DNA of 64,000 nucleotides, taken from the NCBI RefSeq assembly GCF_006345805.1, contig NC_043014.1, positions 27,032,001-27,096,000 on the forward strand. The letters run 5' to 3'. Position numbers and translations under genes: made by a program. The notes below the pieces were generated by a model that saw only the letters and a list, made by a program, of their open reading frames with translations, was not told the origin of the DNA and made no database searches. This stretch comes from Octopus sinensis (taxonomy: Eukaryota). Positions 35,990-48,590 of this stretch are shown in pieces; the first letter of the stretch is position 1, and each line of letters begins with the position of its first letter.

Positions 35990-38080
35990 ACACATGGGCC
36001 CCAACTATGCGAACCTGTTTGTTGGCTATGTTGAGGCCCAAATATTCTCTAGTTTCACTGGTCCCACTCCTGAACTATATGGCCGTTATATTGACGACTG
36101 TATCAGTGCCACTTCACTCTCCCATGAACATCTAGACTCCTTCCTCTCTTTCATCAGATCTTTCCACCCTGCCCTCCACTTCTGCACTATCTCTGACACC
36201 TCTGTCTCCTTTCTTGACATTTTGGTCAGCATTCATCATTCCACTCTTACCATCTCCATCCACTACAAACACACAGACTCACACTCATACCTAAACTTCT
36301 CCTCCTCCCACCCCAAACACACCAAGCTTTCCATCCCCTATTCCCAATTCCTCCATCTACGCAGGCTCTTTAGTGACAACCATGACTTTGAGACTCAATC
36401 TCAACTCATCGCTCGCCACTTCATCCTACGTGGATATCCTCTCACCATTATCCACACCGCCCTTGCCAGAGCACATCCCATGGACTGTGCATCTGCTCTC
36501 TTCCCCCAAACCCGCCCTGCAATCTCCCGCCTCCCTTTTCCCCTCACCTACCACCCCACCACCCTACCTCTCCAACGCACCATTCTCTGAGCTTTCCAGT
36601 ATCTCCAGTCCGACCCGTCCACTTCACACATCTTCCCTAACCAACGCCTCCCCTCCTTCAAACGAGCCACAACCTACCTCCCAACCTGGCTCGTTCCCCT
36701 GCTCCCGCCCACGCTGCTGCACTTGCCCTTACCTCTCCAACACCACCCTCCTCACCAGCACCCATCATCGACCCTATCGCATCATCGACTCCTTCACCTG
36801 CACCTCCAGCAATATCATCTATTGCATCTCCTGCTCTCTATGCCATTCCCTGTACATTGGACAAACGGGACGCTGCTTGGCTGACCAGTTTTCGGAACAC
36901 CTTCGAGACATCCACCTCGGCAATGACACCCCAGTCTCATGCCATTTCCGCTCCACCGGTCACTCCTTGCAACACCTGTCTGTGTTTGGATTGTCCTTGC
37001 ACAGAGGCCATCCAGACTCCTGTTTGTGCTGTGAATAGGGATTAATCTTCTCTCTTCACTCTTTTACACCATTTGGGCTCAACTCTCCTCCCCTCTTCAT
37101 CTAACCTCCTCCTCGACTCCTACTTCTCTTCACTCCTACATCTTTTCACCCCTACTCTCTTTCTCTCTTCTCTCTTACTCTCTTTCTCTCTGCTCCCTCA
37201 CTCTCCTTCTCTCCTCTCTCCCCCTCCCTCCTCATTCTTCCCATCCAACTCTCCTCTCTTGCCCCGAATCCTACTTCTCTTCACTCCTACTTTTCTTCAC
37301 CCCTACTCGCTTTCCCTCTTCTCTCTTACTCTCTTTCTCTCTTTCTCCATTCTCTCTTTCTCTCTTTCTCTCCCCTCTTTCTCTCTTCCTTCTTACTCTC
37401 TTTCTCTCTTCCCTCCTTTTCTCTCCTCACTTACCCACCTTCCCCTCCCCCATAAGCCCACTCACCCCTAAACATCCCTACTCCACCTTCCCTATCCTTC
37501 CCATCCCCCCATCCCATACCCCTATCTATCCAACACACCCTCCCCCACATACCCCACCTCTACCCCCACCCTCTGCCTACCCATAAACCCCAATTCTACC
37601 CCAACCCTCAGCCGAACCCAAACCCCACTCTCGCCTTCCCCACCTCACAACAACATCACACCACACCACACTACACCATACAACATTACACATCACATCA
37701 CTACACACCACCCACACACCCATCCCCTCATCTTCACACCTACACATACATACACGCACATGTCCAGACCACTAGTCCTCTTTCACATGCACATACATAC
37801 TCTCTTATACACACACACCTTCGTGTTGGGGGGTCATCTTCACTTTGTTATCTCCCCTACTCTCCTTCTCGTGTGTGACCCTTCTGTCCAAGTCAGACGC
37901 CATGATATATCGTTAGCCACTACACACATTTTTTTCTCTCCTTGTTTTCTGGGTCCCTTTCTGTTGAAGAGCGTAGGCTCGAAACGTAAAAGACTTTTTC
38001 TATTCCTGAGCATTATACTAATACATATGCTTGTTTTGTACGCCACCCGTCTTCGTCCTTTGTTTTTTCCATAAACCCTC
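35990..38080 (+). mobile_element. 5'-truncated Neptune-type Penelope element: RT, Cys linker, GIY-YIG, C/T-rich 3' region and pseudo-LTR
   Basis: MGPNYANLF...RYIDD...FLDILV...YKHTDSHSYL (PLE RT); PCSRPRCCTCP linker; IIYCISCSLCHSLYIGQTGR (GIY-YIG); frameshifted; 5' junction in (CA)n. Confidence 0.92.
37953..37994 (+). ncRNA. Hammerhead-like motif in PLE pseudo-LTR (core CUGUUGA)
   Basis: GTCCCTTT CTGTTGA A GAGC-GTAG-GCTC GAAA CGTA|AAAGAC; A6 replaced by U. Confidence 0.55.
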
Positions 38081-38185
38081 CCTATATATATATATATGTG
38101 TGTGTGTGTGTATGTATGTATGTATATATATATATATGTATGTATATTTATATGTACATATATATATGTATATATATGTATATAT

Positions 38186-38225
<40 letters not shown>

Positions 38226-38384
38226 ATATATTATATATTATATATATACATATATACATATATATACATATATATATCATCATCATCATCATCGTATAAA
38301 TATATATATTTATATATCTATTTTATATATATATATATATTATATATATATATATACTATATACATATAACATATATACATATA

Positions 38385-38415
<31 letters not shown>

Positions 38416-38424
38416 CTATATATA

Positions 38425-38518
<94 letters not shown>

Positions 38519-38610
38519 GTATGTATATATATATATATGTATGTATATTTATATGTACATATATATATGTAGATATATAGGTGTCCATATGTATATTTGT
38601 GTATATATAT
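38080..38610. repeat. (TA)n-dominated compound microsatellite
   Basis: Direct reading. Confidence 0.95.
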
Positions 38611-39800
38611 AGTTTAGAGAAGATGCAGTTTTGATTAGTGGCAAGGAAAAGCACCACTGATGCTACATTTCTGTTAAGACAGTTACAGGAGAAATTCTTA
38701 GCCAAAGATAAACCTCTGTACCAGGCTTTCGTTGACATGGATAAAGCCTTTGGCAAGGTCCCCCGATCCCTTATCAGATGGTCAATGTGGAAACTAGGGA
38801 TAGATGAGTGGCTAGTGAGCGCTGTACGAACCATGTACATGGACGCTGTCAGTAAGATGAGAGTTGACAATGAGTACAGTGAAAAATTCAAGTAAGCGTA
38901 GGGGTCCACCAAGGATCAATCCTCAGCCTTCTCTTATTCATCATAGTCTTCCAGGCAATAACAGATGAATTCAAGACAAGATGCACCCAGGATCTTATCA
39001 ATGCTGATGACCTTGCTCTATCAAAACTAGAGGTGTTTCAGGTGTGGAAGCAAGGTCTAGAATTGAAGGTCCTTAGAGTCAATTTAGTTCAAACCAAAGT
39101 CTTAATAAGTAGGAAGGCAGACAAAATCACAAATCCCTTTAGGTAAATGGCTCTGCTTGATCTCTAAAAAGGCATAGGTAGAAACTCCATAAAATGTACC
39201 CAGTGTAAGCTATGGACATAAAAGGTGCAACAATATCAAAGGAAGGCTAACTGGGAAGATAGTTTTTGTATGTGGCAAATGCTCAGGGGCAATAAACACT
39301 GAAAATGTGCAGAGAACAGCTTCTGTCACATGCCAATGGGAAAACTAGAAGTGTTGATAGCTTCCATCACTTAGGTGACCAAGTCAGTAGCAGGGGTGGA
39401 TGCTCTGAGAGTGTAGCTGCTAGAATAAGAATAGCCTGGGCAAAGTTCAGAGCTCCTACCTCTGCTGGTGACAACGGGCCACTCGCCCAGAGTAAAAGGT
39501 AGACTGTATGATGCATGTATGCGAACAGCTATACTACATGCCAGTGAAATATGGGCCATGACTGCTGAGGACATGCATAGGCTTGCAAGGAATGAAGTTT
39601 GTATGCTCCGCTGGATGTGTAATGTCAGTGTGCATATACAACAGAGTGTAAGTGCCCTGAGAGAAAAGTTGGACTTAAGAGGCATCAGATGTGGTGTGCA
39701 AAAGAGACAACTGTGCTGGTATGGTCATGTGTGACAAATGGATGAGGACAGCTGTGTGAAAAAGTGTCACACCCTAGCAGTAGAGAGAAAATGTGGAAGG
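38611..39800 (+). mobile_element. RTE LINE RT/C-terminal fragment
   Basis: [34 protein letters not shown]; KGRLYDACMRTAILHASE; 3' truncated. Confidence 0.92.
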
Positions 39801-40375
39801 TAAATAAAATAAACAATATAACAGGATCGTTTTATAGAACTAGATACCAGTAGATTTGAATTTAAGAATTTATGAAATATCAGCTTATTTATTATTAAGC
39901 TTAGCCTTAGTATAGTGTTTAAAATGCATTAAACTTATAGAAAATATTTACTTGCTATTTTCGTAAAATATTTTAAGAATATATGTCTGTCTGAAGAAAC
40001 CTCATTATATTTTTTTGAAAAAAGGTAATTTGTAATCTTAAACAAAGCCTAGTTAATGAAGTAGAAACAGCTGTAACTTGATTTGTCATTTGTTTATAGA
40101 GAAATAATAAAACTGGATTGCATTTATCATTTATTGATTCAGTTATTGAATTTATTTTGTTTCCATTTCTAATTTATATGTATATGTATTTATGTATGCA
40201 TAATTATGTATTGTGAGTTTATTTCTTTTTTTTTTTCCCATCTGTGATTTTATTTTTGATTTTCTATATAAATGAAGATATTTTCTCTGTCTATCTGTTT
40301 CTCTTTCTACAAAATGAGAAGTTACATTGGGGAACTATAATTTTAACAATTTATTTCTATTTATCACCTGACAAG

Positions 40376-40467
40376 ATATGTCTGCACCGCCAGATGCTCC
40401 TGAACCTATTGTTGAGTGTCCCACCCATGAGACATCAATGCTAGATGTGTTGAAACAATTGTCGTGA
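40376..40467 (+). CDS. Candidate terminal exon (MSAPPDAPEPIVECPTHETSMLDVLKQLS*)
   Basis: Pyrimidine-rich acceptor TTATTTCTATTTATCACCTGACAAG; GC-richer protein-like frame ending TGA at 40465-40467. Confidence 0.3.
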
Positions 40468-40599
40468 TTAATCATTTCTCATATATTCCATCTTCCATCT
40501 TTCATTTGTCATATACATAACAATCACTGTGAAAGTGACCGTGCTTTAGCAGTAAGGTATCAGGTGAAAACCAATCATTTCATTATGTGTTTGTGTGTG

Positions 40600-40642
<43 letters not shown>

Positions 40643-40758
40643 TCTGTGTCTGTGTCTGTCTCTGTGTGTGTATGTGTGTATGTATAGATGTATATGTACA
40701 AATGTATATGTGTATATGTGTGTGTATATATTATATATGTATATTATATATATATTAT

Positions 40759-40792
<34 letters not shown>

Positions 40793-40819
40793 ATGCATGT
40801 ATGTATATAAGTATATGTA

Positions 40820-41015
40820 CCGGAGAAAGCACATAAATGTAAAACAAGGTGGAAAAATGTACTCAAATACCAGAGGTAGAGTAATATGCTTTATTTAAAA
40901 ACACCAGAAATATTGTTACTCAGAGTTTCACGTTCCAGTTCTAACAAAATTGACCGACGAACGGGAACGTGAAACTCTGAGTAACAGTTTTTGTGATATT
41001 TCTGCTGCTTTTAAA
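40820..41015. mobile_element. Penelope pseudo-LTR foldback remnant
   Basis: Perfect 23-bp inverted repeat 40914-40936 / 40964-40986 plus outer CAGAAATAT/ATATTTCTG; flanked by TA tracts. Confidence 0.75.
40946..40991 (+). ncRNA. Hammerhead-like motif, core CCGACGA (U4C)
   Basis: AAAATTGA CCGACGA ACG-GGAA-CGT GAAA CTCTGAG TA|ACAGTTTT. Confidence 0.55.
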
Positions 41016-41229
41016 TTAAATATATGAATATATATGCATGTATATATGTATATGTATATATGTATATGCATGTATATATGTATATGTATACATATATGTA
41101 TATATGTATATATATGTATGTATATATGTATATGTATATACGTATGTATATATGTATAATATATGTATATGTATATATGTATGTATGTATATATGTATAT
41201 GTATGTATATGTATAAGTATATATGTATA

Positions 41230-41445
41230 AGGCGGCGAGCTGGCAGAAACGTTAGCATGCCAGGTGAAATGCTTAGTGGTATTTCATCTGTCTTTACGTT
41301 CTAAGTTCAAATTCTGCTGAGGTCCACTTTGCCTTTCTTCCTTTCGGGGTCCATAAATTAAGTACCAGTTGCATACTGGGGTTGGTCTAATCAACTGCCC
41401 CCACTCCCCAAAAGTTTAGAGCCTTGTGCCTAGAGTAGAAAAGAG
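41230..41445 (+). mobile_element. SINE family B (full length)
   Basis: GGCGGCGAGCTGGCAGAA head, AGTTCAAATTC B box-like, TTTGCCTTTCTTCCTTTCGGGGTCCATAAATTAAGTACCAG central domain. Confidence 0.85.
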
Positions 41446-41541
41446 TATAAGTATATATGTATATATGTGGGTGTATATATATGCATGTGTGTGTGTATAC
41501 GTACAAGAAATTAAAACATGAACTGGTATATTTATGACCAG

Positions 41542-41622
41542 ACTCAAAAGTCGTACAATTTAAAAAAAAAAGCATTGAGAAGAATTGGATGATGTTCCGT
41601 AATATTCATGTTTTTCTGGCAA
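41542..41622 (+). CDS. Weak candidate phase 1-1 exon (SKVVQFKKKSIEKNWMMFRNIHVFLA)
   Basis: Perfect A|GTAAGT donor and an 81-nt open frame, but poor polypyrimidine tract. Confidence 0.2.
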
Positions 41623-41800
41623 GTAAGTATGAACATCTTTGGGTCAAGTTAACATGTGTGAGCTAAGAATAGAAGTGAAAACCAAACACAAAAGATCTAC
41701 ACAATATTAATAAATAACATTCCTTTTATTTCTACATTCTACCAACACTACCACCTCTTGTGGTTGCACACACTCACACACACACACACACACAAACAAA

Positions 41801-41867
<67 letters not shown>

Positions 41868-42487
41868 TGTACACAGATACACACAAAATATTGATAATGA
41901 CTTCATAATTAGATGTGAAATGTCAGAGTCATGGTGAGAGGAGAAATGGTAAGTTGTAAGTATTAGTTCAAATGCTTTTAGTACAACACTTTGTCAGTTC
42001 TGCCAACTCAACTCTCTTCCGTAACTGAATAATAAGTGAGGATATATATGTAAAAATAAATTAGATAGATAGATAGATACATACATACATACATACAGGC
42101 ATACATACATACATGCATACATACACACACACATACATAGATACATATATACATACTACATACATACACACACACACACACACACCACATACATACATAC
42201 ATACATACATACATAGGCAGGCAGGCAGGCAGGCAGGCAGAATGAGTTTGTTAAAGGGATAAAAATATAAACGAACAAATAAAAACAAGTACAATGAGTT
42301 GAAAGGAGAGGATGCTGTTTTGTAAAGCATCACTTCTTCTCAGACCTGTGAATTTATCTGCTTCCAATAGCTTTTATGCAGGCACACACGTGTTTGCATT
42401 TTCTCACGCAAACACTTACACATACACACATGCACATGCTCACACAGATACATTCATACATCTGTTTACATTTATATATACATATAT

Positions 42488-42650
42488 TTTCTTTTCTTTT
42501 GCTTGTTTCAGTCATTTTGATTGCAGCCATGCTGGAGCACCACCTTTAATTGAGCAAATCGACCCTAGAACTTATTCTTTGTCAGCCTAGTGCTTATTCT
42601 ATCGGTCTGTTTTGCTGAACCGCTATGTCAAAAGGACATAAACTCACCAC
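42488..42650 (-). mobile_element. SINE family A 3' half
   Basis: TGCTTGTTTCAGTCATTTTGATTGCAGCCATGCTGGAGC...; truncated at a TA tract. Confidence 0.8.
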
Positions 42651-42668
42651 CATATATATACATATATA

Positions 42669-42706
<38 letters not shown>

Positions 42707-42707
<1 letters not shown>

Positions 42708-43210
42708 TAGCAGTATCACCCGGCGTTGCTCAGGTTTGTAAGGGAAATAACTATATAAGCATTTTTAGAGAGTTACTTCCCTTATAGATGCCAATTCGGG
42801 CTTTCTTAGCCATTTCTGTTTTGGTGTCTTCAAGCCATGAAGTCGTTGTTCTAAAAGAACGCTGTTCTCCTTGACAACGCATTACGACGTTGATTTCTTT
42901 ACACTCCCTTCCCCACAGCTTCACGAGGGAGGGAAGGGGGAGAAGCAAACAGGTGCAGCTGTGAGCGTGGACGCCAACTCCGCCGCCATCGACACACGAA
43001 AAATTATGCATTAAAAAGGAATAAAAATTATGTTAAATTATTTTTAAAATCGTAGACTCATCGTTCACGCACGCTAATAGCCAGACATGCTCGATATGAA
43101 TCACGACTATAAGATACCCGAATTTGGTTAAACTGCACCGCAAAATGTGGGAGGAGTTAGGAATCTAAATCGAAGGGGACAGACACTCACACAACTACAG
43201 TTTTATATAT
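42707..43210 (-). mobile_element. Non-autonomous Helitron, copy 2 (same family as 22728)
   Basis: CTAG at 42707-42710, CCCGGCGTTGCTCAGG hairpin, colinear with copy 1 at roughly 90% by eye. Confidence 0.85.
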
Positions 43211-43239
43211 ATATATATTATATTATTATATATATATAT

Positions 43240-43410
43240 ATATATATTATATAAGTATATGAAAGAATGGAGTTGAACGCCTAGTTAACAAATATCCTTA
43301 TTCTCGACATGTTTCGAAGGCTGCATATTCCTAATTCCGAAGGTATTGCTACCCAGGTATCGGTTATCTTTCGAATTATCCTTAATAAGATAATTCATTC
43401 AATTACTCAA
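43240..43410 (-). mobile_element. Penelope-type terminal fragment with 3' half of a hammerhead
   Basis: - strand GCAGCCTTC GAAA CATG TC|GAGAATAAGG (43296-43331); no CUGANGA half seen. Confidence 0.5.
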
Positions 43411-43522
43411 TATATATATATATATATATATAATATATATATATATAATATATACATACATATTAATAAAAACATATATATATTTATATATATTTATATA
43501 TATATATACACATATATACACG

Positions 43523-43558
<36 letters not shown>

Positions 43559-43589
43559 TACACACACAGACACATACATACACGAAGTG

Positions 43590-43990
43590 CTTCAACACAT
43601 TTGCCATTAACCAAATTCCTTTACAAGACATTGGTTAGCCTAAGCTTTAGTAGAAGTTACTTGCCCAAAGTGCCATGCAGTAGGACTGAACCCAAGACCT
43701 CATGATTGCAAATCAAGTTTCTTAACTGTACAATCATGTCTGTACCTATAAATATATTTATTTCTTTATTACCCATAAGGGGCTAAACATTGAAGGGACA
43801 AACAAGGACAGACAAAGCGATTCAGTTGATTACATTGACCCCAGTGCGTAACTGGTACTTATTTAATCGAGTCTGCAAGGATAAAAGGCAAAGTCGACCT
43901 CAGTGGAATTTGAACTCAGAACATAATGGCAAACGAAATACCGCTAAGCATTTCATCTGGCGTGCAAACAATTCTGCCAGCTTGCCTATG
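43590..43990 (-). mobile_element. SINE family A 5' half followed by SINE family B
   Basis: TTGCCCAAAGTGCCATGCAG...GAACCC; then AAGGCAAAGTCGACCTC...ATTCTGCCAGC. Confidence 0.75.
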
Positions 43991-44087
43991 AATTTATAAA
44001 AATATACAGACGCACAAACACACACACACACACCTATGAAAGACAGCTTTTAATAGAATATGCATGTATATGATGGGTGCATATCCA

Positions 44088-44119
<32 letters not shown>

Positions 44120-44553
44120 ATGTATGTGTGTTTGTGGGTGTGTTTGTATAAATATATATGTTTATTGTGAGAACATAGATATAACACTCAGATTTATTAC
44201 TACATTCCAATGTGAGAAAAAATACTACACCCCCATGCTGGCAGATAACAACAACAACATTGTCGTCATCATCATCAGTATAATCATCATCATCATTGTT
44301 AAGGACTACAACAAGAATACCATCAATAACAAATAACAAAAAAACAAACAAGACAAAATATAGAACTGCAAACAAACAAACAAATAATAAAATAGTCTTC
44401 CAAACAGCAGTGCTATATTTACTATTAATCTATTTCTTGCAGCAACCAGTGCAGAGTTCCCTAATTAGGCTCAAGAAATTCTACCTAACAGCAGCAGCAG
44501 TAGCAGCAGTTTCTGGTGAAGGTTTTAAGCCATCAAAGAAATCAAATCAAAAT

Positions 44554-44612
<59 letters not shown>

Positions 44613-44807
44613 TATGCATGTGTATATGTGTGTGTGTGTGTTTCAGTTTGTGTTTGTGTATATGAATGCTCTCATGCATGACAAATTTACCATTCAGGCT
44701 GCAGTTCTTATTAGTAATCACATGTACTAAAGGAATACCAAGTGTTCATGCTCATGGTTATTTTTATTCATTAAATACATTTGTGTATAACTATATATAT
44801 ATATATA

Positions 44808-44962
44808 TATTTATTAGGAAGGGCATCCTGGCGTTAGGAAAGGCATCCAGCCGTAGAGACACTGCCGGATTTGACTGGGCCTGATGAAGCCTTCTGGCTT
44901 CACAGACCCCAGTAGAACCGTCCAACCCATGCTAGCATGGAAAACGGACACTAAACGATGAT
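44808..44962 (+). mobile_element. RTE 3'-end fragment
   Basis: TTAGGAAGGGCATCC...CCAACCCATGCTAGCATGGAAAACGGAC...(GAT)n. Confidence 0.85.
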
Positions 44963-44974
44963 GATATATATATA

Positions 44975-45031
<57 letters not shown>

Positions 45032-45735
45032 CCCATGCTGCCAGCATGGACAACAGATGTTAAATGACAATAGGCGCAGGCATGGTTGTGTGGCAAGAAG
45101 CTTGTGTCACAACCATATGGTTTTGTGCTCGGTTTCTTTGCATTGCACCTTGGGCAAGTATCTTCTGCTATAGCCTTGGGCTGACCAAAGCCATGTGAAT
45201 GGGTTTGGTAGACAGAATCAAAAAGAAGCTCATTGTAAGTGTGTATATGTGTGTGTGTATGCGTGTATGCATGTGTGTGTGCATGTATGTATATGCATGG
45301 GTTTGTTATTAAGAGGTTTGGTTCCCATCTACATGGTTTCAAATTCAGTCTCACTGTGCAGTACCTTGGTTAAGTGCCCTCTACTTTAGAACTGGGTTGA
45401 CTAAAGTCTTAGATGTGGAATTAGTAGATGGAAACTTAAAGAAGCCCATCATGCATATATGTGTAGGTATATTCACATATGTGCCCTCATGTGTGACTGT
45501 TTGCTTATTTTGAATTTGCACTCTTAAAATTGCAATCTATCAAGAGTGACAGTGTTGCCTTGTCAAATCATTTGCTGGCTTAGCATCTTCAAAAGCAAGT
45601 GAAATATGTGATCTCTTACTTGAAAAAAAGAGAAGTGTTAGCATCAGACAGAGCATCTGACTGTAAAACAATGCTTTAATAATGATTTTAACCATGATAG
45701 CATGAAAAAATGGATATGAAAAATCAACAAATGTC

Positions 45736-45768
<33 letters not shown>

Positions 45769-46384
45769 ATGTATGTATGTATGTATGTATGTATGTATGT
45801 ATGTATGTATGCATGCATGCATGTATATATGTATGTATGTATATATGTATGTATGTGTGTGTGTGTGCGTATGTATGTATGTATGTATGTATATATGCGT
45901 TTATGTGTGTGTGCCTTTGTGTCTGTGTCTGTCTCCCACTACCCACTTGATAACTGATGTTGGTGTGTTTACATCCCCCATAACTTAGCAGTTCATCAAA
46001 AGAGACCAAAAGAATAAGTACTAGGCTTTAAAAAATGTCCTGGGGTTGATTTGTTCAACTATGACCCTTCAAAACAATGCCCCAGCAGGGCTGCAGTCAA
46101 ATGACTGAAACAAGTGAAAGATAAAAGATATCTATAAATATATATTAGTTGAGCAGTCCATCTTTGCCAGGTAGTTTTCACTATAGAATGCCTTTATTTC
46201 AATTATTTTTATTCCATGCCAGACCATGTCTTTCCCAACAGATAGGCCTCTTGATCAGGATGAGTTTTTACATTATTTGGGGCAACTTATAATGTCTTGA
46301 TAAACAAAGTTTTTTTGTTTTTCCCTTTGGTGCATAAAGATTTTTCTTACTTCTTACTCTTCAAAATTCAAAATAAAGCTTAGA

Positions 46385-46520
46385 ATCTTTGGTGAAGCAG
46401 GGCTCTTCAAAGTCTAAACCAGTATCCAAAGAATTTTGCCCTTGCAATTCATTGATGGTCATGGTAAAACTAAGATTCATTGGAAGTTGAAGTCATTTGG
46501 ATTGAAATGGGACATTGTCT
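46385..46520 (-). pseudogene. PIF1/Helitron helicase C-terminal motif relic
   Basis: PMNLSFTMTINELQGQNSLDTGLDFEEPCFT vs the typical PVRLAFAMTINKSQGQTL..VGLDL..PCFSH. Confidence 0.65.
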
Positions 46521-47091
46521 CCTGAGTTTGTGCAACAGAGGCTCTTGGGTGCTCATCATCTAATCAATGCACCCGATGCTTAGGTGTTCCTTCATGTGAT
46601 GGAAGCTGGTGTTTACATTTCAAGTCTATTCCTTCTCTGTTTGGGTGTCCCCTCAGCTTGCTGCTGATGCTTTGTGAGGGTCTTTTGACTCTGTCCCCTT
46701 GATGAAATTCTTTACATGCATGCATACACCCCCACCACACATACGCAAGCATACACACACTCAGCATGAGAGATGATTTACAAATAGAGAAAAAGTGAGG
46801 GAGAGTGTGGTAAATATATATATTGAGGCAGAAAGTTTACAATGACAAAAGCATAAAAGACAGAGAGAGATACATAGGCAGACACAACACACACATCCTT
46901 TTGTCCTATGTTGCTGACTTGCATTACATGTCATATCAAGAGAAAGGGAGAGAAACAGTATGTGTGAGAGATATACATTTATAGAGAGAGAATGTGATAA
47001 ATATATATAGAGAGGAGGAAATTGTAAAAGACAGAGAGAGATAAATAGATAGAGGTAAATAGACAGACAGTTATTAGCACATACTTAGACA

Positions 47092-47151
<60 letters not shown>

Positions 47152-47393
47152 ACATACAAATGTATACACATTCAGGCAATCATGTGTTTAAGATGGCAGC
47201 TTCTAAAGGCATTCAATGTTGGCAATCTGGAAACTGAGTTATTTCTCAAAGCAAATTATGTTCTTTGATTACTAACACCAAAAACCTTCCCCTTGGGATG
47301 TGAATTTTGAAAATCAAATCAGCTTTTCTTTAGATACACTGTTTTGGATCCTTTCAGCAACACATATACAAACACATGTACACTCACATTTGC

Positions 47394-48590
47394 CAGATCA
47401 TCCCATAAGTAATGTAATTTTTTGTAGTAAGTTTTGAAGAAATAAAAAAGCAAATAAGGTACCAATTTAATCAACTATGTATTCCCCACCTGAATCAATA
47501 ACATTCTTCCAATGCTGGAAAAGGTTTTTATGCCATTCCTATAGAAATCAGCCGGTTTAAAAAAGAAAAACTCTTAAAGGTCTATTTCAAGCGCCTCCAA
47601 GGAATTGTATTCTTTACCATCAATAAAATGTTGCAAGCTTTGGAATAAATGATAATCCAAAGGATCACAGTCTGGAGAATATGGAAGATGTAGAAGCCTT
47701 TTCCAACCTAGTTTCTCAATCTTAGCACATGTGATTCTTGCACTATGATGTCTGGCATTGTCATGATGGAAAATGACACCCCTTCAATTGACTAAAAGAG
47801 CACCTTTTATCTGTAAGTCTTTCATTCCATCTATCAATTTGTTCACAGTACATTTGAGTTGTAATCGTCTGGTTTTGTGATGAGGTTTCAAACTGTACTA
47901 CACCAAACATTTTCCACCAACTGCTTAACAAAATTTTCCAAAGATGAATATCTTGTTTTTGATGGGGTCTTGCTTGTTCTGGTTGAACCCATTGACATCA
48001 GCATTTAACATACACTTTTCATGATTAGTCACGGAGCAGTTCAAAAATGGAAAGTTTTCACTCAGCTCATGTGGAACCCACTTACCAAGCTTAGACACGA
48101 TTTCAAGTCTAACAAAGCAGGGTGATTTGATGATGATGACTTAACCTCTTCTGCTAACTCTTCAATAGTTGCATATGGATTTCTTCCAGTAGTGGCGTGG
48201 CTTTCAACACATCATTATCAAAAGAGACAGGGCACCCAGAGTTGCAAGCATCCTCCAAGCAAAAGTCCGCTTGTCAAAATATATTGAACCATTATTGGCA
48301 CTTGTGGATATTCAGAACACCTTCACCATACATTTCTTGCACATTTCTCACAGCATTTGTTGCATTGTTGCCTTTTCTTTACTCATAAAGCAGGACATAT
48401 GTGTTCTTCTGTAACCTCCATTTTCATGAGGGGCTAAAGCAACGAATTATTATTTATGTGTCTTCAAGCCAGAATTTATCTAACTGAAGCTTTCCTTGCT
48501 CCCTGGTATATATGCACCCATGAAAAAATCTTGTTTAAATGTGTTAGAGCGTGTACAATCTGAAAAATGACGTTACTTATGGATGACCTG
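47394..48590 (-). mobile_element. Near full-length mariner relic
   Basis: TIRs CAGATCATCCCATAAGTAATG / rc CAGGTCATCCATAAGTAACG; MEVTEEHI...KGNNATNAVRN (ATG at 48421); FHHDNARHH...PYSPDCDPLDYHLFQSLQ; many stops. Confidence 0.9.

Noticed and set aside
44422-44494. Strong acceptor followed by QPVQSSLIRLKKFYLT
   Set aside because: Frame runs into a (GCA)n tract and the donor is weak.
46223-46300. Short ORF TMSFPTDRPLDQDEFLHYLGQLIMS* after a pyrimidine tract
   Set aside because: Length expected by chance; no other support.
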